Of a DNA stretch of 64,000 nt, positions 52,973 to 61,771 are shown piece by piece. A model generated the notes under the pieces. That model saw nothing but the letters and a program-made list of their open reading frames with translations, was not told the origin of the DNA and ran no database searches. The translations under genes and the position numbers were made by a program. This DNA is from Nitrospirota bacterium (GTDB lineage: Bacteria; Nitrospirota; UBA9217): the NCBI GenBank assembly GCA_963845065.1, contig CAWJQQ010000009.1:96001-160000 (forward strand), read 5' to 3'. Each line of letters opens with the position of its first letter. The stretch's first letter is position 1.

Positions 52973-53725
52973 ATGCTGGAGGGAAGAGTGTTTAAGTCAG
53001 CAGTTATTGCTGTCGCATTGCAGGCTGTTTGCGCCCTTGCCTATGCTGGGGCACCACAGATCGAGATGGTGCAGGTGAAGGGTGGGTGCTTTCAGATGGG
53101 TGATATGTTCGAGGAGGGTGACAATGATGAAAAACCTGGTCACGAGGTGTGCTTGAACGACTTTTCCATCGGAAAATACGAAGTGACCCAGGAACAATGG
53201 GTCGCGGTCATGGGGAGCAATCCTTCAAAATTTAAGGGAGACAGGCTGCCGGTCGAGCAGGTGAACTGGTACGACGCACAACAGTTTATCGCGAAGTTGA
53301 ACTTAATGACTGAGAAACACTATCGTCTGCCGACCGAGGCTGAGTGGGAGTACGCGGCTCGGAGCAGGGGGCGAAGAGAGAACTGGGCCGGCACGAGCGA
53401 TAGGAACGCGCTTGGCAAATACGCGTGGTATGATGAGAACAGCGATAAAGAGACCCACACGGTCGGCACGAAAAAACCGAATGGCCTGGGTCTCTATGAC
53501 ATGACCGGGAATGTATGGGAATGGGTGCAGGACCGTTATGACGATGTGTATTATGAAAAGAGCCCCCGGGAGAATCCTCAGGGGTCATCAGTTGGTTCCC
53601 CTCGGGTGACTCGCGGCGGCAGCTTTGATTTTGATTCAGGGAACAGCCGGGCGTCCTTTCGTGGGCGCAGTGAGCCAGAAAGCAAGTTCAACGACTTAGG
53701 CTTTCGCATCTGCAGTACGCCCTGA
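52973..53725 (+). CDS. Exported FGE-sulfatase (SUMF1/CLec-fold) domain protein
   Basis: Signal peptide, FQMG, YEVT, RLPTEAEWEYAAR, DMTGNVWEW, RGGS and GFR; AGGAGG RBS. Confidence 0.9.
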   Translation: MLEGRVFKSAVIAVALQAVCALAYAGAPQIEMVQVKGGCFQMGDMFEEGDNDEKPGHEVCLNDFSIGKYEVTQEQWVAVMGSNPSKFKGDRLPVEQVNWYDAQQFIAKLNLMTEKHYRLPTEAEWEYAARSRGRRENWAGTSDRNALGKYAWYDENSDKETHTVGTKKPNGLGLYDMTGNVWEWVQDRYDDVYYEKSPRENPQGSSVGSPRVTRGGSFDFDSGNSRASFRGRSEPESKFNDLGFRICSTP

Positions 53726-53857
53726 CCTAACAAAAGGGAAACGAAATGGCAGGGTATAATCTAACGCAGACTTGCAGATTTGGCTGCGTCTACAGGTAGA
53801 AATTCTTTTTTTTTGAGCGCAAAATAAAAAAATAGCGCATCTTTATATTCAGGGAGG

Positions 53858-54631
53858 ATGATGATGTATTCCAGGACCGTGGTTAGAGCAGCGATCATCG
53901 CTGTTATGCTACAGGTTGTCTATATCTTTGCATATGCAGGTGCTCCGAAGATTGAGATGGTGCAGGTTAAGGGTGGGTGTTATCAGATGGGCGACACCTT
54001 TGGAGATGGAGTTGATGAATGGGAAAAACCAGTCCATGAGGTGTGCGTAGACGATTTTACCATTGGCAAGTATGATGTGACCCAGGGTCAGTGGGAGACG
54101 GTCATGGGAAACAACCCCTCATTTTTCAAGAGCTGTGGCGACAATTGCCCCGTTGAGCAGGTAAGCTGGAATGACGCGCAGGATTTCATTCATAAATTGA
54201 ATGAGATGACCGGGGAAAAGTACCGTTTGCCTACAGATGCCGAGTGGGAATATGCGGCGCGGAGTGGGGGAAAGCATGAGAAATATGCCGGTACGAGCGA
54301 TTACGCTGAACTTAATGATTATGCCTGGTTCGAGGACAATGCTGGCAAGAAGACCCATCCTGTGGGCAGGAAGAAGCCGAACGCTTTAGGCATTTACGAC
54401 ATGAGCGGGAATGTATGGGAGTGGGTGCAGGACCGGAATGATGACGACGTTCCTTATTACAAGAACAGTCCGCGGATGAATCCGCCCGGCCCGGAACGCG
54501 GCTCTCACCGGATTGTTCGCGGCGGCAGCTGGTTCAACTTTGCAAGAGGCATTCGGACTACCGTTCGCCGTGACGGTCTGCCAGACCGCAGAAGTGGTGG
54601 CACGGGATTTCGCCTTGCTGGCACGCTTTAG
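53858..54631 (+). CDS. Exported FGE-sulfatase (SUMF1/CLec-fold) domain protein, paralogue
   Basis: Same motif set: RLPTDAEWEYAAR, DMSGNVWEW, RGGSW and GFR. Confidence 0.9.
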   Translation: MMMYSRTVVRAAIIAVMLQVVYIFAYAGAPKIEMVQVKGGCYQMGDTFGDGVDEWEKPVHEVCVDDFTIGKYDVTQGQWETVMGNNPSFFKSCGDNCPVEQVSWNDAQDFIHKLNEMTGEKYRLPTDAEWEYAARSGGKHEKYAGTSDYAELNDYAWFEDNAGKKTHPVGRKKPNALGIYDMSGNVWEWVQDRNDDDVPYYKNSPRMNPPGPERGSHRIVRGGSWFNFARGIRTTVRRDGLPDRRSGGTGFRLAGTL

Positions 54632-54701
54632 CCTTAACCCATCTACGCATCTATTGCGCTTCAAGCCGCATAGCGCGCAATGAAATCAAACACTATTACA
54701 T

Positions 54702-54884
54702 GTGACGGGAAGCGCTGAAGCCTGGTCACAATGAATCGGCGGCGCGGTCCCGGTCCGGGATCAAATTAGGTTGCTGGAAGAAGCGGGTTTTGAAGATGCT
54801 GAATGGTTGGGAATGACTGGTTTTCGAACTTCATAGTACACTGTTGGGCCATTGTTTAAGGCAAACAGGACAAAAAAAACATAG
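54702..54884 (+). pseudogene. C-terminal relic of an ArsM-like (seleno)methyltransferase
   Basis: VTGSAEAWSQ-TGA-IGGAVPVRDQIRLLEEAGF...GFRTS*YTVGPLFKA. TGA at 54732 sits at the W-x-x-C-I-x-G-A Cys position with a hairpin downstream; TAG at 54834. Confidence 0.65.
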
Positions 54885-55034
54885 CCGTCGTGATTGTTAT
54901 ATTATTTATATCTACTCTCCAGTAATGCATAATTTAAAAATATATAATGATGGCATAATACCCAGAGAGCAGACTTGATTGTCATGTCGGTAAAACCAGT
55001 TGGACCATGATAAAGATATCGTCAAGGAGTTATC

Positions 55035-55358
55035 ATGAAAAAGCATACGATTACGTTGTATATGAATGACCCCATGGGTAAGTGGTGACTCTCGCACATG
55101 GACTCTGCTCGTCGTGCAGGGAAGGAGTTTGATACTGAAGTCATCATCATGAAGACCTGCAAAGGATACGGCTTGGAAAAAGATCCGCCTCCCTGCCCAT
55201 CAGTAAAAATCAACAATAGTTTCCTTGTCAAAAAAGGACTGATTTCGTATGATCAGTTGAAGGCAGCTATTTTAATAAAGTTACTGCCTGCATTCTACAG
55301 TGCTTACCACAAAAAATACCCAACCATCCACTCCAATTTCTTATATCCATCCTTTTAG
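55035..55358 (+). CDS. Probable small selenoprotein with NxPxGxxU motif (TsoC-like)
   Basis: AAGGAG RBS, then MKKHTITLYMNDPMGKW-TGA(55086)-LSHMDSARR...PPCPSV, in frame with ORF 55098-55358; SECIS-like hairpin follows. Confidence 0.72.
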
Positions 55359-55364
55359 TTATTT

Positions 55365-55399
55365 CGTTCATCTTCCTGTAATCTTAATTCTAATATAAT
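55365..55399 (+). promoter_or_regulatory. Regulator box CGTTCATCTTCCTGTAATCT plus TATAAT -10 (copy 2)
   Basis: Identical to 44244-44263; upstream of the two-component system. Confidence 0.75.
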
Positions 55400-55626
55400 A
55401 GCATAAAATCAATATGGAGATGTTTTATCCATTTTTTAGGCTGTCCTGACATGGGCTGTTACCCTTCCTGGGCACCAGGGGGCCGTCGTGCAAGATTCTA
55501 TTGCAATTATTTTCGCTCTGTTCTTGCTAAACCATCTTGTACTTTTAGTACGGGTAGAGCTATATTATCTACTGTGAACATTTAGTAATAGAGCGAGATT
55601 GCTGGCTAAAAGCAGACAGGAAGCTC

Positions 55627-56295
55627 ATGCGCATACTGATCGTTGAAGACGAAAAGTCTCTTGCCGACATTCTGAAAAAGGGTCTGGAAGAAGAAGGGTA
55701 TGTTGTTGATGTCGCTTACAATGGCGAAGAAGGAAGATACTTTGCGAAAAACGAACCCTCTGACCTCATGATCTTGGATATTATGCTACCCTTTGTCGAC
55801 GGAATGACCATTCTTAGAGAAATTCGTAAAAGAGGGGTCAAAACTCCTGTACTCATGCTTACAGCTAAGGACACCTTGACCGACAAGGTGGCAGGTCTGG
55901 ATGCCGGCGCTGATGATTACCTTACAAAACCGTTCACCTTTGAAGAGCTACTCGCGCGCATACGGGCATTGTTGAGACGGAATTCCGATGTGAAAACTTC
56001 GCTCATCACGATCGGGGACCTTACAATTAATAGAGCAACCCGTGAAGTCAAAAGAGCAGGAAGGCACATTATGATGTCTGCCAAGGAATATTCGCTTCTT
56101 GAATATATGGCTATACATAGCAATGTTGTGCTAGACCGGATTACCTTGACGGAACACCTCTACGACCAGGATTTCAACCTTGATAGCAACGTTATCGATG
56201 TATTTATTAACCGTATCAGAAATAAGATTGAGAGACGACATAAAACACAGCTCATCCACACCGTCCGGGGCGCCGGTTATGTGCTGAAAGGATAG
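55627..56295 (+). CDS. OmpR-family response regulator (CzcR/CusR-like)
   Basis: ILIVEDE, ILDIMLP, GADDYLTKPF, SNVIDV and HTVRGAGY. Confidence 0.95.
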   Translation: MRILIVEDEKSLADILKKGLEEEGYVVDVAYNGEEGRYFAKNEPSDLMILDIMLPFVDGMTILREIRKRGVKTPVLMLTAKDTLTDKVAGLDAGADDYLTKPFTFEELLARIRALLRRNSDVKTSLITIGDLTINRATREVKRAGRHIMMSAKEYSLLEYMAIHSNVVLDRITLTEHLYDQDFNLDSNVIDVFINRIRNKIERRHKTQLIHTVRGAGYVLKG

Positions 56296-56296
56296 G

Positions 56297-57721
56297 ATGC
56301 CTACGTCCATTAAGAGGAGGTTAATCATATTTTATACGGCTGTTCCGTTCCTAATCCTATCAGCCCTGGGGGTTTTTCTCTATTTCAGCCTCAGTAAGGT
56401 CGTTTATGATTCGGTAGATGCAGTTCTCTTATCGAAGGCGCGAACATTAACTACCCTGATCAATGACGATGAGGAAGATAGAAAAGAATTGAGGTCTTCT
56501 GAGGAGTTCAAGTGGGATTATACTTCTCCGGAATCAAGAAGCTTTTTTCAAATACGTCGCCTTGACGGTTATACTTTGGAGAAATCCGCGTCCCTAACAG
56601 ATTTCGAACTCCCCTACAATGAGAAAGAGACTAAGACAGATTTCAAGAGTGTTCGTGTCAACGGTGTTTACGTGCGGCTAATCAATTATTACGTGCCCGA
56701 AATAACTAATAACGCATCAATAAATAGAGGACAGAACATTGTTATTCAATGCGCAAAAGATATACAAAACCAGACTGATCTCATTCAGCATTACAGGATA
56801 ATCCTTTCTCTTTCCATTTTTGCAATCATGATTATTTCAGCCACGGGGGGAGTCATAATATTAAATAAGTCGCTTACCCCTGTAAAGGACATTTCGGCTA
56901 CGATCAGTAGAATTTCTGAATCTAGTCTATCGGCGCGAATTCGTGTTAACGATGTACCTAAGGAATTGCAAATTATAGCATCATCCTTTAACCATACAAT
57001 TAACAGGCTTGAGAGTGCATTCAATCTACAAAGACAATTTACTGCGGATGCGTCCCATGAGCTAAGAACACCGCTTGCAGTTATCATGAGCCAGAGTGAG
57101 GTTGCGTTGCGAAAGGAACGCACTAAGGCCGAATACAAGAGCGCTCTTGCCGATGTAATGGAATCTGCAGAAAAAATGTCGGCAACCGTTCAAAAGCTTC
57201 TTACACTAACTCGCTTGAGTGCAGGTACGATAAATCTTAATCCAGGCACAATAAATATCAGTGATATTATCAGAGATTCTACAAGATTGGTTCGCCCTCT
57301 CTCTGATCAGAAAGGCATCCACATGGAAGTCCAACAATTATCTGAACCATCTCTAGTACTCGGAGACAGGGCCGCATTGTTGGAACTATTTACCAACCTC
57401 TTAGATAATGCAATTAAATACAACGTACCTCACGGGAAGATACTTGTCTCTATCAGAAAGGAGGGGGAATTTATAGTATCCGTAATACAAGACACAGGGA
57501 TCGGCATACCCGAAGGAGACTTAGATAAAGTATTTCGGCGTTTTTATCGGGTCGACCAATCCCGTTCAAAAAAGATCGACGGCAGCGGACTCGGCCTGAG
57601 CATCTGTGATGGGATAGTTAAACTTCATCATGGCAGGATAGAAATAAAAAGCGCCTTGGGAAAGGGAACCGTATTATCAGTTTATCTGAAAGAGATCGAG
57701 AACCTGAACCTGCGAGGATGA
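56297..57721 (+). CDS. Membrane sensor histidine kinase (CzcS/CusS-like, HAMP)
   Basis: Two TM helices, FTADASHELRTPL, NLLDNAIKY and GSGLGL. Confidence 0.93.
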   Translation: MPTSIKRRLIIFYTAVPFLILSALGVFLYFSLSKVVYDSVDAVLLSKARTLTTLINDDEEDRKELRSSEEFKWDYTSPESRSFFQIRRLDGYTLEKSASLTDFELPYNEKETKTDFKSVRVNGVYVRLINYYVPEITNNASINRGQNIVIQCAKDIQNQTDLIQHYRIILSLSIFAIMIISATGGVIILNKSLTPVKDISATISRISESSLSARIRVNDVPKELQIIASSFNHTINRLESAFNLQRQFTADASHELRTPLAVIMSQSEVALRKERTKAEYKSALADVMESAEKMSATVQKLLTLTRLSAGTINLNPGTINISDIIRDSTRLVRPLSDQKGIHMEVQQLSEPSLVLGDRAALLELFTNLLDNAIKYNVPHGKILVSIRKEGEFIVSVIQDTGIGIPEGDLDKVFRRFYRVDQSRSKKIDGSGLGLSICDGIVKLHHGRIEIKSALGKGTVLSVYLKEIENLNLRG

Positions 57722-57971
57722 TGCGGATTGGTTAGAATCAATGAAATAACATTGTGAATCTTGCCGCGGACGTGTACTATGAACAACGTTATCCCCGAGT
57801 TGGACACGTCGGTCAAAGCAAATAGAATGTTATTTCCCGGCTCTTGTTATGAGCAAGTACTGAGCATTTGGACGGGGTTTCTGCTGGTGATCGGTGTTAG
57901 CGTTTGGAAAATCGTCACGATTTATTTGCAATCCAAGTAAAATAACTAGTAAAAAGACGACAAGATTCAAT

Positions 57972-58214
57972 TCATAAAAGGCAGAGATAAGTCATTGCAT
58001 TCCCGTTCTGACCAAGACAGGCGCCGAGCACTCGATTGTCCTTTGGAGTCACTACGAGTTGAAACTCGTGGATACAAGATGGGGTTTTAGGTTTATTCGG
58101 CATTGGTTGTTTAAATATACCACATAGATGTACATTTGTCTACTAATTGCCGAAAAACAAAGTTCCCGCATTCATCCCCATGGTTAAAACCAGGGGCTTT
58201 CTGCGGATAGTTTG
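57972..58214 (-). mobile_element. IS200/IS605 left end with truncated tnpB stub
   Basis: Minus strand: TTAC|CAAACTATCCGCAG-AAAG-CCCCTGGTTTTAACCATGGGG, promoter TAGACA-17-TATATT, then ORF 58103-57972 MPNKPKTPSCIHEFQLVVTPKDNRVLGACLG. Confidence 0.75.
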
Positions 58215-58303
58215 GTAAATTATCGGATCTCTATATAATTGAAGAGTTTATCGTTGTAGCACCTCCGCCTGTACTCTGGATCTTGAAAAAAGATGGTCAC
58301 TGT

Positions 58304-59551
58304 ATGTCCAGCACTGCAAATAAAAACATTCCGCTCAGTATCTTCGGTCATGAAGCCATCCGTGCGCTCTCTCGAAACAAGGTGCGAAGCGCTCTTTCGG
58401 CCGTCGGGATCACCATCGGTATCGCAGCAGTAGTTTGCGTGGTGGCTCTTGGCACGGCAGGTTCGCAGCGTGCGGTACAACAGCTCCAAAACCTGGGGGA
58501 CAACCTAGTGTGGGTAGAGGCCGGTTCTCGCAACGTGAACGGTGTACGGAGCGGCAGCCACGGCATGACTTCCCTCACAATGGAAGATGCTGAGGCAATC
58601 CTTCATGAAGTGCCATTCATTAAAAGTGTTTCTCCGAACGTGGATGGCAGTGTGCTCGTTGCCTCCGGGAGACTCAATTGGACAACTCATTACCGAGGTG
58701 TCACTCCGGAATTTTTGGGAATCAAGCGATGGGACCTGACAGAGGGAGAACCATTCACGAGAGAAGACGTGGATCATGTGGCAAATTTAGTTATGATCGG
58801 CCAGACCGTGCGCCAACAGCTTTTCGAAACTGAGGAGGCTGTCGGGAAACTAGTACGCATTAATCAACAGATATATCGGGTGATCGGCGTGCTGGCACCA
58901 AAAGGCCAGTCAGCTACCGGCCAGGATCAGGACGACACCATCATCATGCCCTATACTACGGTTCAAAAAAGACTACGGGGCAAGGGCTTCTCTTGGCTGG
59001 ACGACATTATGTGCTCGGCCGAGTCCCTGGACGTTGTTAAACCGGCCGTTGATCAAATAAATGAACTTCTGCGTAGGCGACACCACATCCGAACGGGTGG
59101 TGATGATGATTTTAACATCCGTCGTCCGGAAGAAGTGATCAAAGCCCAGATCGCCGCAAACCATACGCTCGCGTTTTTTCTCACCAGTGTCGCCTCCATC
59201 TCTCTTCTGGTCGGCGGTATCGGGATCATGAATGTGATGCTTGTATCCGTGACTGAACGAACGAGGGAAATTGGTTTGCGCATGGCGATTGGGGCTAAGA
59301 CGTCTGCCATACAGATTCAATTTCTCGGCGAGGCTGTGATTCTGAGCCTGTTTGGCGGCATCCTGGGAGTTTTTGTCGGCGTGGCCGGCTCTTTCATCAT
59401 AGGGTACATCTTGGGATGGCCCATATCCATTCCTCTCGAAGCTCTTGTCGTCGCTCCAATATTCTCGATTGGAGTGGGCGTCTTTTTTGGCTTCTATCCA
59501 GCATGGAGGGCCGCACAGTTGGATCCGATCGTAGCACTTCGTTATGAGTGA
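58304..59551 (+). CDS. MacB/FtsX-like ABC transporter permease
   Basis: NKVRSALS..GITIG, VGGIGIMNVMLVSVTERTREIG and LDPIVALRYE. Confidence 0.93.
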   Translation: MSSTANKNIPLSIFGHEAIRALSRNKVRSALSAVGITIGIAAVVCVVALGTAGSQRAVQQLQNLGDNLVWVEAGSRNVNGVRSGSHGMTSLTMEDAEAILHEVPFIKSVSPNVDGSVLVASGRLNWTTHYRGVTPEFLGIKRWDLTEGEPFTREDVDHVANLVMIGQTVRQQLFETEEAVGKLVRINQQIYRVIGVLAPKGQSATGQDQDDTIIMPYTTVQKRLRGKGFSWLDDIMCSAESLDVVKPAVDQINELLRRRHHIRTGGDDDFNIRRPEEVIKAQIAANHTLAFFLTSVASISLLVGGIGIMNVMLVSVTERTREIGLRMAIGAKTSAIQIQFLGEAVILSLFGGILGVFVGVAGSFIIGYILGWPISIPLEALVVAPIFSIGVGVFFGFYPAWRAAQLDPIVALRYE

Positions 59552-59559
59552 TAATATCT

Positions 59560-59800
59560 CTCTCGAAGTGGCATGGAAGGGAAAATACCTTAGGACCGCA
59601 ATATACGAAGGGGCACGTGATATGTTCTTTGCGATCATGATGAACACGATGCCGGGCTTCATGGACTCGCCTTCTATTACGCTCGGCCTAGGTTTGGGCG
59701 CTGAAGTACTGTGACCTTTTGGGTTTGACAGGGTCCGCGGTATGCTCTTTGCCCAGCTTATGAACATGTCATGTTCCAGAATAGATATGGTAAATCGGCC
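59560..59800 (+). pseudogene. Highly degenerate C-terminal relic of an RND permease
   Basis: AIYEGARDMFFAIMMNTMPGFMDSPSITLGLGLGAEVL*PFG...GMLFAQL parallels the last helices of AcrB-family proteins. Confidence 0.55.
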
Positions 59801-59892
59801 ATGAGCCGTGCTCGAGATAACGAAAAAAAAGCTCCGTTCCTGACACAATGCGCAAGCGAGAGCAGAAAGATAAAAGAGGAAAAGGACTGTAA

Positions 59893-61077
59893 ATGAAAAA
59901 GATCGTAAAGGTTACCACAGGCAGTGTTTCGATCGTCATTAGCCTCCTGGTCTTATTGTTTGGATGCAAAGGTGACGGCCCCACGTACAGGACCGATCTT
60001 GTTACCCTCGGTTCTATTCAGGCCACGGTAACGGCAACAGGGACCGTTAATGCGGTAACGACGGTCCAGGTCGGAACACAGGTATCGGGAACGATAAAAT
60101 TCCTCTATGTAGACTTTAACTCCCATGTAAAGAAGAGACAGGTCATCGCGCAGATCGATCCCTCCACGTTCGAGTCTCAGGTACAGCAGGCTGAAGCGAA
60201 CCTTCATGCCGTTCAGGCCAACCTGGATAAGTCTGAGACAACCCTCGTTGACGCGAAAAGGACATTTGACAGGAATAAGGAATTGTTCTCAAAAAATTTT
60301 ATCCCTCGGAGCGACCTGGATACATCAGAGACGAACTATGACTCTGCGAAGGCACAGCTAGGGTACGCAAAGGCACAGATCGAACAGGCCAAGGCCTCGC
60401 TAGATTACTCAAAACAGAACCTTGCATATACCAAAATCGTATCCCCAGTCGATGGCGTGGTGATCTCTCGAAACGTCGATGTTGGCCAGACTGTTGCTGC
60501 GAGTTTCCAGACGCCGACACTGTTTACGATCGCACAAGACCTGACAAAGATGCAGATCGACACGAATATTGCTGAATCGGACATCGGTGTAGTAAAAGTG
60601 AGGCAGGACGTAGATTTTACTGTTGACGCCTATCCCGATATAATATTCAAGGGGAAGGTATGGCAGATCAGGCAGGCTCCGATAATCGTACAGAACGTGG
60701 TTACCTACGACGTGGTGATCCAGGTGGACAACCGTGATTTAAAACTCATGCCGGGCATGACCGCCAATGTCTCGTTAATCATTGCGTCGAGACAGAACGT
60801 GCTGAGGGTCACAAACGCGGCGCTTCGGTTTAGGTTCAACGAACGACCTGCAGATGCAGGCGCAAGAGCGTATGCGAGCGTGGATGAAAAGAAAGGGCCA
60901 GCAGTCTGGGTTCTTGACAACAACAAACCAAAATACGTTGTTATCAAGCCTGGCATCAGCGACGGGATGTATACCGAGGTCGTTTCTCGGGACCTGAAAG
61001 AAGGTCAACAGCTGATCATCGAGTCGCTCAAAAAGAACAAGACACAGGTTCCGTCGTCAATCCCGAGGATGTTCTGA
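59893..61077 (+). CDS. MacA-like periplasmic adaptor
   Basis: VQVGTQVSG, ISRNVDVGQTVAASFQTPTLF and LMPGMTAN. Confidence 0.93.
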   Translation: MKKIVKVTTGSVSIVISLLVLLFGCKGDGPTYRTDLVTLGSIQATVTATGTVNAVTTVQVGTQVSGTIKFLYVDFNSHVKKRQVIAQIDPSTFESQVQQAEANLHAVQANLDKSETTLVDAKRTFDRNKELFSKNFIPRSDLDTSETNYDSAKAQLGYAKAQIEQAKASLDYSKQNLAYTKIVSPVDGVVISRNVDVGQTVAASFQTPTLFTIAQDLTKMQIDTNIAESDIGVVKVRQDVDFTVDAYPDIIFKGKVWQIRQAPIIVQNVVTYDVVIQVDNRDLKLMPGMTANVSLIIASRQNVLRVTNAALRFRFNERPADAGARAYASVDEKKGPAVWVLDNNKPKYVVIKPGISDGMYTEVVSRDLKEGQQLIIESLKKNKTQVPSSIPRMF

Positions 61078-61078
61078 C

Positions 61079-61771
61079 ATGTCGCTTATCGAAACGCGAA
61101 AACTCACCAAAGTGTATAGTCTGGGTGATGTCGAGGTGCGGGCACTCGACGGTATTTCTACGACCATAGAAAAGAGCGAGTTTGTAGCTATCATGGGACA
61201 CTCGGGATCGGGTAAATCTACTTTCATGAATGTTCTCGGATGCCTTGATATCCCGACTGATGGGAATTATTTTCTCGACGGCACCGATATCGGTCACCTC
61301 TCCCGGGACGAACTTGCTGATATCAGGAACACAAAGCTCGGGTTCGTTTTCCAAGGGTTCAACCTACTGTCGCGAACCTCGGCTCTGGAGAACGTTGAGC
61401 TTCCCATGCTCTACAACGGTTACCACGCAAGTGAACGTCATGAACGGGCACGGATAGCCCTGAAGAGCGTGGGACTCGAAGGCAGGGAAGATCATCATCC
61501 GAATCAGCTCTCCGGCGGACAGCAGCAGCGGGTTGCCATTGCACGGGCTCTGGTAAATGATGCGCCGATCATCCTAGCGGACGAACCTACAGGAAATCTC
61601 GATACCAAAACAAGCATTGAAATTATGGAACTCTTTGTGAGGCTGAACCAGGAGTCCAACATTACGGTAATAGTAGTGACACACGAACCGGACATTGCTT
61701 CTTTCAGTAGACGGATTATACGGTTTCTGGATGGCCGTATTGTCAGTGATGAATTAGTGGGTAAACAATGA
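61079..61771 (+). CDS. ABC transporter ATP-binding protein (MacB/LolD type)
   Basis: GHSGSGKS, LSGGQQQR, ILADEPTGNLD and VTHE. Confidence 0.95.
   Translation: MSLIETRKLTKVYSLGDVEVRALDGISTTIEKSEFVAIMGHSGSGKSTFMNVLGCLDIPTDGNYFLDGTDIGHLSRDELADIRNTKLGFVFQGFNLLSRTSALENVELPMLYNGYHASERHERARIALKSVGLEGREDHHPNQLSGGQQQRVAIARALVNDAPIILADEPTGNLDTKTSIEIMELFVRLNQESNITVIVVTHEPDIASFSRRIIRFLDGRIVSDELVGKQ

Noticed and set aside
52973..55000. Complete diversity-generating retroelement around the FGE-domain genes
   Set aside because: No reverse transcriptase or template repeat in the window; differences between the paralogues are not adenine-specific.
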